Shown here one piece after another: positions 24,290-37,434 of a stretch of 60,000 nucleotides of DNA. Source of the DNA: Camelus dromedarius (lineage: Eukaryota); the NCBI RefSeq assembly GCF_036321535.1, contig NC_087437.1:114950001-115010000 (forward strand), given 5' to 3'. Below the pieces are notes generated by a model. It had not been told where the DNA came from and did not search any database. It saw nothing but the letters and a program-made list of their open reading frames with translations. The stretch's first letter is position 1. The number at the start of each line of letters is the position of its first letter. A program made the position numbers and the translations under genes.

Positions 24290-24612
24290 GGCAGGAGCTG
24301 GATGTGGCAACTGATTGTGAAGGGGAGTTAACCCCACAAGGAGTGGACATGTACCCAGGGGAGGCAGGAGCCTGGAAGCCAGAGAGATGATAGATGTTTT
24401 CTTTCTCCCTCCAGTGGACATTCTTAGACACAGTGACATCCGCTGGAGCTGAAAAGCACATCTGCTGACCCACTGGTTCTGTCTTCATCATCCAGTGTCC
24501 TACTTCCCATCTTCCTTGTCTTCGCTCCCCCTTTCCTCACTCACTGCCCTGAGATTGCCTTAGTACTAAGTCTGCTTCAGGCTTAGTTTTCTAGAGAACC
24601 TGGACCAAAAGA
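24290..24612 (+). mobile_element. Possible LTR16-like ERVL LTR fragment
   Basis: Ends in CTTCAGGCTTAGTTTTCTAGAGAACCTGGACCAAAAGA, resembling an LTR16-family 3' end; heavily diverged. Confidence 0.4.
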
Positions 24613-24743
24613 GGCTATTTAAAAGATGCACAAGTTGAAGAACAGGGAAAAAGTCGCCTGAATTGAGACCATGGAAGAGACTGAGGCCAAGATTGTTAAT
24701 AAGCCCACTCGGTGGATTTCATTAAACTGCCTAGTTAATGCAG

Positions 24744-25097
24744 TGCTATGGACTAAATGTCTGTGTCCCCCACCCCCAAATTCACATGTTGAAAGTCTAA
24801 TCCCCAATGTGACAGTGTTTGGAAGTGGAACTTTGGGGAGGTAATTAGGTCGTGAGGGTGGAGCCCTCAGGAATGGGATTAGTGCTCTTTTAAAAAGAGT
24901 CACAAGAGAGCTTGCTGTCTCTTTCTGCCACGTGAGGACACCACAAGAAGGCAGCTGTCTACAATCCAGGAAATGGGCTCCCACAGGGAGCCCAACTGGC
25001 CCATACTCCTGGCTGCCAGGACTGTGAGAAATAAATTTCTGTTCTTTGAGCCACTCTGTCTCTAGCATTTTGTTATAACAGCCCAAGCTGACTAAGA
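24744..25097 (+). mobile_element. MaLR solo LTR (MLT1A-like)
   Basis: TGCTATGGACTAAATGTCTGTGTCCCC...AAATTCACATGTTGAAA...ACTGTGAGAAATAAATTTCTGTT...GACTAAGA; TSD TGCAG / TGTAG. Confidence 0.9.
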
Positions 25098-25387
25098 TGT
25101 AGTCAGGCCAGCTGCCCCCTTGGAGCCCAAGTCATCAGGAAAGCAGGCCCCACTCACCCCTCCCAAAAAAAGAGGGAAGAGCGTGGCTTCTTTTAAAAGG
25201 TGCCAATTGAGGGTTTTCAGCAGCAAGTTAACAAAGAAATCCAGAAGCCAATAGATCATTACTTTAATAATGAAAACAGTAACACACACCTTAAATGTAG
25301 CATCACGCCATTTTCAAAATTCTTTTCCAGGCATTGTGCAGTTTGACTGTAATTGCAAATGCCACAAACCTCTGTAGCAGACTTGTA

Positions 25388-25458
25388 CTGGGTTGAATCA
25401 TACAACTAGTTCCATAAATCAAAAATGCTCGAATATCAGTTTCATGCAGTTCAATTTA
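25388..25458. mobile_element. MADE2-like mariner MITE
   Basis: Terminal GGTTGAATCATA...TTTCATGCAGTTCAA inverted repeats around TCAAAAATGCTCGAATATC. Confidence 0.55.
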
Positions 25459-27610
25459 TTTGACAGCCAATGTCCAAATTCTGGAAGAGAAAGCACCATA
25501 CGTAAGCAAGAGGCCTTGAGAAGGTAAGCCCTGGCAGAGGAGATGCAGGAAGAAGGAGAATGGAAGAGAAATGGGTATTAAGCGAAATTGCACCAACAAT
25601 GACCTCTTTTCTTAGTAATAAGAGTTCAGTGTGGTTTTGAGGATTGAAATTCGATCTGTATTCCCTCAACCAAAGAATCTTATTCCTACAATTAACACGT
25701 TTAAAAGTAGGTATTTAACAAGTACTTGATGACTGATGAATGGACTTAAAGGTCAACATAAGGAAGAGGGCCACCAGCACCCCAAAATGAAAGGACTGAG
25801 AGGAAAAACATGACTTATTTGTCTAAGCAATCGGGGAGCTTAAGCAATCGTGGTTTCTAATGTGGAATAATTTGTCAGGTGACCTTGAATGAGACTGTTA
25901 ACCCTCTTTTTCTTGCCCCTGAGAAAGGAGGATAATACTTATTCCACACAGGGCAGTGCTGAAGGGGGTACACATGATTGATCACTGTGAGTTTGGGGAA
26001 GGAAGACGGTGTAATAAATACTAATTATAATAACGAATCCTGGCTTCTAAGAAAAATGCCTTTTTAAAAAAGGAAGGAAGGAAAGAAAAACTCCACCAAA
26101 AGATGGTCTCACGGGGCAGCCGTGGGGTGTCATGGCCTTATGCTCTTCGGAATAAATCCAAAGGGAGAAACGCTTGGCTAGAATTCACCACAGCCAGAGC
26201 AGGCAGAAAACTTCCTTTTAAAATTTCTTCTTACGTAGATTTATTTCATGTTTCGATTGTCCAGTTATCACAATTTTAGATTAATATTTCAGAGCCAAAC
26301 TTGCACACAAGCACACATTTCTTCATTTCTGTAAAGGCTGAAAGTAAACACTTAAAATGTAAAGGTCATAAATTGGCCTCATGTAAGAACTCAGCCATAT
26401 ATAGTAGTGGGTATTTCATCAGCATCCCTGAGCCCCTAGTCAATGGCTGTATTCTCGAGTGGATGTCTTCACGGAGTCATGGCTTCCAATCCTATGTCCT
26501 GTAACAGCCCCTAGTGTAATCTTGAAACAAATGGAAACAATGTCTGAGTTTTCAAGATGGATTTTCCAACCCTTTAGTTATTCCCCCTCAGTTCTCTGTT
26601 TCCTCCCTGCTTCTGCACAACACGCACATGGTTTACAGTGTTTCCAGCCCAAACAGAGCACGCTCCGCAGGGAAGGGGGCTGATTGGTTTAGTTTGCGGG
26701 CTGCTCCGTAAGGGGTGGTAATTGACACTTTAACGTATGACATGTTGCATTCCTTCATCTCGCAGCCGTAATTGAATGCACATGAACCCCCCCTGCATTG
26801 GTGACCCCGGAGTGTGCCACACACCTGGAAGTAGTGAGGTTCAATTAACGTGTCACCGCCACTAATAGCGGCTACCAGTGAGAACCACCAGCAGCCAGGG
26901 AACAAAGCCCAGAGCAGCGCGGGGTAAACCCCAGGAGCGCGGCTCCCCAGCAGAGCTGCCCTGGACCAGCTCTTAAAATCTGGTTTTCCCAGGCAAACGA
27001 TTTGCTTTTAATTACTCCAATTAATTTTAACTAATGGCTTTGCTCATCACTCACTCAAGGAGTTATTTTTGTGCTAAAATGCCTAAACAGTCCACTAAAA
27101 GGAAATGACAATGGCCCAAGTAAATTTCCGTGATAACACTTTTTAATAATTAAAAAATTGAGAAATTGAATATGATCTGAAAGTGGGACTCAAGCTGAGG
27201 AAATGCAGAATTAGTATGATGAATTCCACCCTTCCACTCTTTGGTTTCTTCCCCTCGTATTGGCGCAGTGCTCACGATGGCCCAGGGTCCCTGCAGGGAT
27301 TATGCACCCGGGTCCCTGCTTTCCCCGGAGCTCACGGACTCCGTCAGAGCAGTTATGTGGGACCAGTGCCAGAAGACAGAGAAGGGGCAGTTCGGGGCAA
27401 GAGGACCCTCAGCGGTGACTGGCCCCCTGGCTGCAGACTTGAGAGGCTGGGGGAGGAAACAGCATCTGAGCTCCAGGAGGAGCCGGAGTTCACCAGGGAG
27501 CGGGGAGGGGAGAGGAGAGGTCCTGGGGCAGAGACCACTGTGCGCAGACAGGGGAGGCCAGAGAGAAAGTGAAGAACCTGGGGTGGATGAGAAAGGAGGG
27601 GGCCGAGTTG

Positions 27611-28527
27611 CATATGAAATGATGCTCAACATCAGAGAAATGCAAATCAGAACTATAATGAGGTATCACCTTATAACAGTCAGAATGGCCGTCATTAAAA
27701 ATTCCACAATCAATTTTTAAAAATGCTGCAGAGGGTGTGTAGAAAAAGTAACACTCCTACACTGTCAGTGGGAATGTAAATTGGTGCAGCCACTATGGAG
27801 GACAGTATGGAGGTTCCTTAAAAAATGAAAAATAGACTTACCATATGATCCAGCAATCCCACTCCTGGGCATATATCTGGAGGGAATTCTAATTTGAAAA
27901 GACACATGCACCCCAGTGTTCATAGCAGCACTATTTACAATAGCCAAGACATGGAAACAACCTAAATGTCCATTGACGGATGACTGGATAAAGAAGATGT
28001 GGTATATTAATACAATGGAACACTACTCAACCATAAAAAAGAATGAAATAATGCCATTCACAGCAACATGGATGGACCTGGAGATGATCATACCAAATGA
28101 AGTTAGTCAGACAGAGAAAGACAAATATCATGTATCAGTTACATGTGGAATCTAAAAAAATGAATCAAATCTTATATACAAACAAAAAGTAGATTCACTG
28201 ACATAGAAAAGAAACATGGTTACCAAAGGGGAAAGGGTGGGGGAGGGACAAATTAGGAGTTTGTGATTAACAGACAAACACTACTATATATAAAACAGAT
28301 AAACAACAAGGACCTACTATATAGCACAGGGAACTATATTCAATTTCTTGTAATAATATATAATGGAAAAGAATCTGAGTAGAAAAAATATATATGTATG
28401 AGTATGTATAATTGCATTGCTTTGCTGTCCACCGGAAACTAACATTGTAAATCAACTACGCTTTAATAGAAAATAAAGTTTTAAAAATTAACAAAATGCA
28501 ATTATTGAGCTAAAAAAAAAAAAAAAG
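27611..28527 (+). mobile_element. 5'-truncated L1 (ORF2 C-terminus and 3' UTR)
   Basis: IREMQIRTIMRYHL and [31 protein letters not shown] peptides; poly-A at 28512-28526; degenerate 18-bp TSD (27593-27610 vs 28532-28549, 15/18 identical). Confidence 0.93.
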
Positions 28528-30269
28528 GAAGAAGTAGGGGGCCAAGCTGGCGAGTGGTGGGAGGGAGGGGCTTTGGAGGGAGAAAGTAAGAGGGAGGCCC
28601 TAGCAGAGGACCTCCACCTCCCAGTCCCTGGGAGTACTGGAGTTTGGGCTGCCGTGTCCAAGTCTAGTTACACTTTTTCCAGAGCCAATAGCCTTTCTCT
28701 TCCTTAAACACACACTCACACACACAGTGTGGGGGGAGCACTAGCATACTAGAATTCAAAAAAGGGACAGGACTACGATTTTGGTATATTCTTAGAGGAA
28801 AGAAAGGGAAAGTATATTGCATTTTGCATTTGATAAATTCCATTTAATTTACATTAATTAGTGAATTGTTCATTACATTAATTGCTAATTAAATTAATTG
28901 TCAATTAATCGCAGTGATTTCTGGGAATGGAAATACACCAAAGCTGAAAGGCAACCCTATTCCACAGAAGGTGACGGCTGGTTCTGCCTGGCCACATCCA
29001 GGCAGCTGTCACTCTGACCACGCCCCTGCTTTGTTCTTTCCAACCGGGCACACAGCCCTGTCATTTTGCTGACCGGCTATGTCCATATCGCTTTGGTTCA
29101 CTGGGCCTCAGGCTCCACTGTGAAGCAAGTTGGGTGTGACCTAGGTCAGTGTCCACCTGAGCACGGTGGGTGGCCTCCAAGGAGAACAGGTCTCCGGGAC
29201 ACCCACTGCTCCTTCCCCGGCCCGCTCCTGGCTCATGAGCCCCCTGAGGAAGAAGGCCTCCTCCACCTGGAGCCGGCCTGGGCCAGGCTAGACCCAGAGG
29301 TATTGCAGGCAGGCTTCTGGGTCATCCTCAGGGCTGGAACATACACATGTTTATCTCTGCCCTCTCCTCACATCCCACGTAAGTGGCAAAAAAGACAGAG
29401 AAACCAAGGAATGTCCCCCAAGGACGAAAAGCTCAGGAGAAGAAGCATCAGAAGAGAGGAAAACTTTGGAAAGGTGAAAACTGAATGGACAAGTGGTATC
29501 TGACTTAGCAGGAGGGAGGAAGTTATACCCTTCCTGCTGGGGGCAGGTGGCAGGAGGGATGGCATCAGAAACAGAATGATCCCTGCAGAGCCACAGAGGG
29601 CTCAGGAATTGGGGGCAGCAGTTACGTCTGAGGGCTAGGGTACAACATCACACTGAAAGTCGGAGGGCTGGTAGAAAGATGGTCCAGGACTGGTGGGACC
29701 CGCAGGTCCGCTCCCCCAGTGCACGTTTGTGGTTCTGCAATAAAACGGCCTGCTATGCACTCTCTCTCTGAATGTCTGCTCCCTGCCCACCTCTTCAGAA
29801 TACTGGCAGTTTCCTCTCCGACCTCAGAGCACTGGACCCAGGTGAGGGATGACAAACGGAAAGCTCACTCACTGAACGGGGGATAACCCCACCCCACTTA
29901 ACGGCATTGCAAAGTGTGGTGTAGCCCTGGAGGGGAAGGCACCCCTAAATCTGCTGGGTGGAATTCCCAGTTTGATCCCTTTCAAAATGGATGAGCTGAC
30001 TACTCTTCTCATGTGGATTCCCGTGTGTTGACATGCATGAGAACTTTCTAGTTTCTGGGGACGGGAGGAGTTTTGCGTAGACGCCTGCAGGAGAGAGGAA
30101 CATGAGAAGGGTGGGGAGACCGGAAGACCCAGTGAGAACTGCCTCTCCCGGTCTTCCGGGCTGGTCTGCGTCCCCGCGGAGAGGCGTGTTGAGACTCTGA
30201 GCATGGGCGGTGTGCCTTCAAGGCCTCGTGGTGTTATTATCTGAAATATCTGCTGTGCTCGCTGGGAAA

Positions 30270-30587
30270 GGATTACACCTCGTCACCCCATTGACATTGG
30301 GTGTGGCCAACAAAATGTGAGTGGAAGTGATGTGTGAGGCTTCTGGGCTGAAGCTTTAAGAGTCACTGCTTTCTGAGGCCATTTGCTCCTTCCCTTCTGC
30401 CATAGAACCAGCTTTCCCTGGAGGGAAGCTGGGCCCTGCATCTTCAGCTGGGGTCCCAGGATGAGGACAACATGGGGCAGAGTCAACACAGTGTGCACAA
30501 GAAGCAAACCTCTCTTGTTGGAAGCAGCTGTAATGTTAGGGGTTGTCTGTTACCACAACATACCAGTTGCAAAAGCTGGCTGCTACA
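30270..30587 (+). mobile_element. Old MaLR LTR (MLT1I/J-like)
   Basis: TGGCCAACAAAATGTGAGTGGAAGTGATGTGTG...GGGGTTGTCTGTTACCACAACATA. Confidence 0.7.
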
Positions 30588-31091
30588 GTCCCAGTGACAA
30601 TGCAGTCCAGTGTATAGTAGGGGCATTTTCTAACTCCTGCAGAAAATGAGCACCCTTCCTGGCCCCTTGGAGACAGTGGTCTGGGCTACACTTGAAGACC
30701 GTGCCTTCTGTGAAGATGGCACCTTCACAGAGGGCACCAGCAGGGGCAGTGTGGAGAAGCACCTCCCTCTAGTGGCCTGTGGGCTGCAGATGGCACCAGG
30801 AAGCCAAGGAGGGAGGACACAGTATGGCACCCACTCGGGGAAGCTCAGCCAGACCTGAGGACTCTACAAGGCCTGGAGGTCCTGTGTAGGAAGGTGGGCC
30901 CAATGGATGGCTCGGTAGGCATTGGGTCTCTGATTGTGCCCTCTATTCAGCTTTTCGTCTCAGCTCTATACCTCCCTTTATGCTATGGTTTTTTTCTACA
31001 TGAACTATAAACTAACTTTTTTGCAACAAAAATATCTATTGATGCCTTAGAAGAGGTTCTAAAAGAAATACGAATCAGTATCACTTGAGGA

Positions 31092-31706
31092 GCACCCCAG
31101 TGTTCATAGCAGCACTATTCACCACAGACAAGACATGGAAGCATCCTAATGTCCATCAACAGATGACTGGATAAAGAAGATGTGGTATCAGTATAAATAT
31201 ATATGTGGTATACATATATATATACACACATACATACACATATACACAATAGAATACTACTCAGCCATAAAAATAATGACATAATACCATTTACAGCAAC
31301 ATGGATGGACCTAGAGATGCTCACACTGAGTGAAGTAAGTCAGACAGAGAAAGACAGATACCATACCACTTACAGGTGGAATCTAAAAAAAATGACACAA
31401 ATGAACTTATTTACAAAACAGAAACAGACTCACATACATAGAAAACAAACTTATGGTTACCAAAAATGAAAAGAGGGGAGGGATAAATTAGAAGTTTGGG
31501 ATTAACAGATACAAACTGATTATATATAAAATAGATAAACAAGAGGAACCTACAGTATAGCACAGGAAACTATATTCAATACCTTAGAATCACCTACAAT
31601 GGAAAAGAATCAAAAAAGAATATATGTGTACGTAACTGAATCGCTATGCTGTACACCTGAAACACACACAACATTGTAAATCAAGTATACTTCAATTAAA
31701 AAAAAA
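31092..31706 (+). mobile_element. 5'-truncated cetartiodactyl-type L1
   Basis: GCACCCCAGTGTTCATAGCAGCACTATT...ACATTGTAAATCAAGTATACTTCAATTAAAAAAAAA; same family as the copies at 14135 and 27611. Confidence 0.9.
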
Positions 31707-33400
31707 CAGTCACTTTGAAATCTCTCCCCAGATAATGGGGGGTTCTTGGGCTTAAGTGTTAGATGATTCCAGGAGCTTTTGCTCCCTGTCTGCCCACTCT
31801 GGTCACTGCTTCTCCAGGGGTTGACCCCTCAACAGCCCCACCCCTGTTCTGGCCAGCTCTGGTTTTCAGTCCACCCCACAACCTATGCCCACAGAGGCCC
31901 TCTGCCCTCATGGACCCCGTGCCTGGCATTGTGAAGACTCCCTCCCAGGCGCACAGAGATACTCACCCCTCACCCACTGCCCATTGGGCCGGAGAGGGGA
32001 CATCTAGGGCTCTGTTCAGGGTCACTCTGTCTCTTTTCCACCCCCACATCCCAGGGTCTTCGTAAAGAGGCCATTCCTCCACATCTAGCTTCGTGGACCA
32101 AACATGAGATCCCCGGAGGGGCCCCACGGCTGACTGTATACCTGTGGGTCACATGTATGCATGACCTTGACCATCCCTCATCCAACAAAATTCGACCTGA
32201 CAACTGCTTAAGCTCTCTTCTCTCTAATGAGTCTTTTCTTCCACTTGTCACGTTCAAAGAGAAGAGCGTCCCTGGTGCCTATTTTGTCTGTTAAAGAATC
32301 TTTTTCTCCTTCCCAAGTCTCTATCCATGTGCTGTAAACCTAAAGGGAATCTCCCTTTATGATGTCTAATCAAATGCAGAAGTGGGAGGGAAGCCTTGAA
32401 TCCACAGGAGAGCAAGGTTGGCTACGCAGTGGAAACAGGATGGAAGAGGATAGCTGTGCAGACAGAGTGACAAGAGGAAAACAGAAAAGGCCAGGTGTCA
32501 GGGGTGATGAGCAGAGGAGCTGAAGAAAGAATGAAATGAGTGGGAAATTGATGGCAAACACGTAAGCAGGGTCACAGGCACCCGAGATGTAGTAATGGGG
32601 ACCCAGGCAAGGTGTGAGTGCTTGGGTCAGATAAGCCTTTAGGTCCCCCAGTTTCTGGAAATCCATAAAACAAGAGGACATGGATGCTGGCCACCAGCCC
32701 AGAGCCTCCGTGACGCCTGACTCAGTTCACATGGTCCCCTGATCTGCCAGGCCCTGCCAGCCTCCTGACCTCAGTCCCAGCTGGAATGGCCCCAGGGAAG
32801 ACTTGGGCCATTTCCAGCATCACCAGGGTGAGACCCCAGCACAGCCTCCACAATGCCTCCCAAAGTCAGAGCTACAGGCAGCTCTGGCACCCAGGTCAGG
32901 CATGACCCAACCCATGAAGTTACTAGCAACTGTTGGGAACTGCAGTCTAGAAGGATGGGGCAATCTTTCCCAGGAGAGACAGTGAAAGGAACCAGCAGAT
33001 AATCTGCTTACCTTTCTTGGCCCCTCCTACCACCCCCCACTCGCAGCCTGCTCCAAGCAACACTGCTTAAATACAGCCTCTCCTGGGATGTCGCAGAGGG
33101 CCACATGGCCAGCTGTGAGCTCTTGGGGAGCTGTGGCCAGCTGGAAAATGACCAATGACGCTCCTGTGTTTCCTTCCCTCCTTTTCCCCCTCCCTCTGGC
33201 TTCCCTGGGATTGCACTACCTCCCCCTACCAAAAAGAAGTATTAGCCTGCAAGCTGGGCTGCGGGCTGTTTTCTAAGGCACCTAGATAAGCCTTGCCCCA
33301 GCAAACAGCCCCCCTGAGCAGAGCAGTGAGGAGCTGTACACCACGATAGACATTACAGTCTCATCGATTTCCTGGATTGGGTGTCTGAGGCATAGTCATC

Positions 33401-33869
33401 TGTATCTATTTCCTAGGGCCGCTGTGACAAATTACCACAAACTGGATGGTTTAAAGCTGCCACAATGTATTCTATCACAGTCCTGGAGGCCGGAAGTCTT
33501 TGATCAAGGGACTGGCAGGGCTGCATGCGCTCCCCAGGCACTGGGGAAGAAGCCTTCCTTTCTAGCTTCTGGTAGCTGCTGGCACTCGTGCTCCTTGGCT
33601 TGTGGCTGCATCCGTCCAACTCTGCCTCCGTCTGCACACCACCTTCTCTGTGCATCTGCTTAACCTCCCCTTGCATCTCTCCTGTAAAATCACTCACGAT
33701 GGCATTTAGGGCCACCTAGAGGAGCCAGGATGATCTCCTCACCCCAAGATCCTTAACTTAATCACATCTGCAAAGTCCTTTTTCCAAACAAGACCACATT
33801 CACGAGTTCCAGGGATTAGGACATTGACATATCTTGCGGGTGGAGGGCATTTTCCAGTCTGCCGTACCA
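33401..33869 (-). mobile_element. MaLR solo LTR (MLT1C-like)
   Basis: TGTATCTATTTCCTAGGGCCGCTGTGACAAATTACCACAAACTGG...AAGATCCTTAACTTAATCACATCTGCAAAG...GGGATTAGGACATTGACATATCTT. Confidence 0.88.
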
Positions 33870-35589
33870 TCCTCACTCTCCTGGTCGGAATAGACGGAGA
33901 GAAAGAAAATCAAATCAAGTGAAACACTAACTTTACCACCAAATAGTTCCAGAGACAGAGAAGCACGAGCAGGAAAAGAAGTGCTAGTGTTTCCATCTCT
34001 GGTGCCATCTGGGGCACGGGAGAGACCCCACTTTCAATCTTCACGGCCACATGTGTTATTTCTTCCTTGAGAGGCACTAACCCACCTAACCCAGCACTGC
34101 TGAGCAGAACCGCTCCCAAGTGGAAGAGCTGGGCTGGCTGTGTGCCCCTGGCTCGTGGCAAAGAGATCCATCCCCCAGGCCCCTCCCCTTCCTCCCGCTC
34201 ATTTCTGCTCCTTTGGGCCAAAAAGCCCCCAAGCTAGCCATAGCCAGAGGGAAGCCACCAGTGCCCCCACTGAAAAGCCATCTGTGAAAGGCTCATAAAT
34301 CACACCCTTGGAAAACTCACTCCTCCTTATAACTCAACAGAGAACAACTCGATTCAGAGATTTAAATAAATGTGTTTGTGCAGGAGGTTGTTTCTTTTTT
34401 CAGTGGGGGGTTTTTGCATCATATTCTTTCAGCTGTTCATGTTTATAAAGCCAGGAACAATTATGGGCATTCCTCCAAATGTAGCTGTCTCTAGTGTCAG
34501 ATCAAGCAAGTGGCCACTGAGCCCTTAGTGTGACTTCAGGGGAGCCAGAAAGGCTCAGAATCCCAAAGCCTGCAAAACAACTAGGTCAATGTCCCAGATC
34601 CTACCATTAGAGCTTCCTTCCTTTGGATATGCCCCTGGTCAGAACACTAATATTGCTGGAAGGGGCCTCCCTGTTAAGCATGGTTCATGTATGCAGTTCA
34701 TCTTAGCCTCTTCTCAGAGCAGTGTGATGGTGGGGGTGTGAAATAATCCACTGGGTAGGACAGGGGACACAACTGAGGGGAAGATGAGGAATCCATTGTA
34801 AGGCTGAATCCTGGAGAAGGTCCCTTGTGATTCTAATTTTATAGTTGAACTACACTGTCTTAAGTGCCTACCTTGTGTCCAGGGATATGCCCTTCCACAC
34901 AGATTATCTCGCCAAGTCCCTACACCAGCCTGTGGGGTAGGCGCCCAGGCACCTCCATTTATCAGCAGGGTGGGGTCCAAGTCCATTTGTTCCCACCTAA
35001 AGTGACACCAAACAAGTTGAGTATATGTCCGTATATGTCAAGTAAAGTTTCACCAGAGAACTGTCTCCAAACCTGAGAGACTAGTGCTTTGGAACTGGGT
35101 GGCTTCACAGCAAGACCTCAGACATAACATATTTCTAGAGGTGGAAGAGGCCTTCGTGGCTGCCACAAAATAGACAGACAGACACACAGAGGAAAGCTGA
35201 ACCAGAGACAGGGCAGGAAGGAAAGGAGGAGGCGGGGTCTCCAGGTTTCCTTGGCCAAATTCCTGCAAGTAGGACTCACCAGGGACTAGGATGGGAATGC
35301 TTGGGAGCTGGACAAAAGGCAGGGAGACAGGGCTGGAGTAACCAGGAATCTGAGTGGCAGAGACTGGCCTGAACCTATGGCAACAGGGAGGGGGCAGGGC
35401 TGTCCTGAGGGAGGGTCCCATTAGGGGGACCCCAATCTGAGATTCTTGCTCTAAGAAAAAAATCTTTGAAGGAGTCTGAGGTGAACTGTACAGAAAAGAG
35501 GGGGCCCCCCCATCTATTGGCAAAAGCGGACGTAGACACTGGAGAAAAGTCTTCTCAAGTTAGCTTGCAGGAATCCCACAAATTAATAT

Positions 35590-36985
35590 TAAGCACAACT
35601 TCACCAACAAAAATCCACAAATATTTGGGAAAGCAAGTCACTATGAACAAAAACTAACAGAAACAAGAAACAACATCTGTAGTCCCGAAGGACTAGATAT
35701 TTCTATTCTGTCAACAGCATGCAGAATTGTGAAGTATAGAATATCTAAAGAAGAAAGGATACACTTATAATATGTGAATAAACAACAGAAAAACATTGGG
35801 CATGAATTGGTATAATTGGGGAGAAAAACAGAACTTCTAAAAATTAATAATAAGATAATAAAAAAAACTCAATGGCTAAGTTAAACAATAGATTACACTG
35901 TTAAAGAGAGAATTCATGAACTGGAAGCTATAGCTGAAGAACTTATGAAGAGTACAGCAGAGAGAAAGAGATAAAGATATGAAAAAATATAAAAGATGGG
36001 GGAAAAGAATGAGAAGATCTAGCACAGAGCCGGTGAACTATGGTCCATGTGCCAAATCCAGTGGGGCCACTGTTTTTGTAAATAAAGTTTTATTGGAACC
36101 ACCACACATTTGATTGTGTATTCTCTGTGGCTTCTTTCACACTACTGTAGAGCTGGGTAGTTGTGTCAGAGACCGTATGGTCTTGAGATGCACAAATTAG
36201 AATCCAGGGCCTGTCAGAGAGGAGGAGCCCTGAGCCTTCTGAGGCTTAGGATTGAAAAAGGCTTTCTATTAAGACTCAGAAGAACAACGTCCTGAGAGAA
36301 AGGGAAATGAGGCTTAGTCTGAACATCAGACTAGATCTCAAGGATGAACAATGCAGAGAAGGGAGTATGAGATGTGTGGAAGATCTAACATGGCTGTAAC
36401 TGGTATGGGCGGGCACGAGATGATGGAGGGTGCGGGGAGAAGTGATATTTGAAGATGTACTAGCTGAGAATTTTCCAAACTGACAAAAGACGTTAACTGC
36501 AGATTCAAGCAGGGTAAATACAAAGAAAGGTATTCCTAGGCAAATCAGAACTAAATGGAAAAACTAATGGAAACCAAAGACCAAAAAAAAAAAAAAAAAA
36601 AAAAAATTCTTAAACGCAGCTGGAAAAGAGAAAAAAATGAAAAACATTACATTCAAAGGGGCAACAATTACGCCAACAACTGACTTTTCAACGGGAACAA
36701 CAGAAGCCAGAGAAGATAATGAAATAGGAATGAAACCACTTAATCTGGGGAAAGGAGTCCCTGCAAAAAACCTGCAGTAAACTTCATATTTGATGGTGAA
36801 ATACTGAAAGCTTTCCTCTTGAGACCAGAAATGAGGAAAGGATGTCTGTTCTAACCACTTCTCTTTAAACTTGCACTGGAGGTCTGATCAGCACCAGACG
36901 GCAATAAATAAATAAAATAAAAGACATGGTGATTGTAAAGCATGAAATAAAACTGTAATTATTTGCAGACAAGATGGCATGTTCT
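35590..36985 (+). mobile_element. Fragmented ancient L1M/HAL1-like relic (ORF1 region plus ORF2 RT fragment)
   Basis: A-rich ORF1-like sequence (GCTGAGAATTTTCCAAAC). From 36771 it reads PAVNFIFDGEILKAFLLRPEMRKGCLF*PLLFKLALEV, a decayed L1 RT motif (compare G(T)RQGCPLSPLLFNIVLEV). Confidence 0.75.
36025..36185 (+). mobile_element. MER58A (hAT-Charlie) nested in the old L1
   Basis: GCCAAATCCAG...CTGTTTTTGTAAATAAAGTTTTATTGGAAC...GTAGTTGTGTCAGAGACCGTATGG. Confidence 0.85.
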
Positions 36986-36989
36986 TCGG

Positions 36990-37434
36990 ACAACTTGGCA
37001 GAAGAGCCCTCTCACCCATCCCTGATGCAGGTACAGGGTGTGTCTTGGCACAGAGGTTAGAATCCTGTGGGGGCATCAACTGGCAGTGGGAAGGAGATAT
37101 TCTGGCTTGACCTAGCTGCTGCTGCCCAGGGCGACCGTGTCAGTGAGAGGGTGGGCGGGAGGGGGAACCTGGCAGCTGGTGGGCTGCTCGCAGGACCACT
37201 GAGTTACACGGTAGGGCCCTTGGACATCTGTGAGGGTCTGTACTAGCCCTGAAAGCATTCTTATGCCCCAGGTTAGGGGAGTGACATTAAATAGCAAAAC
37301 AAAAACATGATGACAGGTTGAGAGAGGGACCACAAAAAAAGAGAAGCAAAAAGGAAAAAGTTTTATATGTTAGTACCTTCAATGTCACTTTTTTCTGTAT
37401 TTGAAAAAAAGCCTTACCTTTTTGTCTGGCCCTG
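36990..37434 (+). mobile_element. MER45B/C-like hAT-Tip100 relic
   Basis: GACATTAAATAGCAAAACAAAAACATGATGACAGGTTGAGAGAG...TTAGTACCTTCAATG...ending in GGCCCTG. Confidence 0.55.

Noticed and set aside
27916..28155. ORFs resembling real proteins (also 5243-5434, 14044-14512, 31203-31469)
   Set aside because: C-terminal remnants of L1 ORF2p in truncated elements, not host genes.
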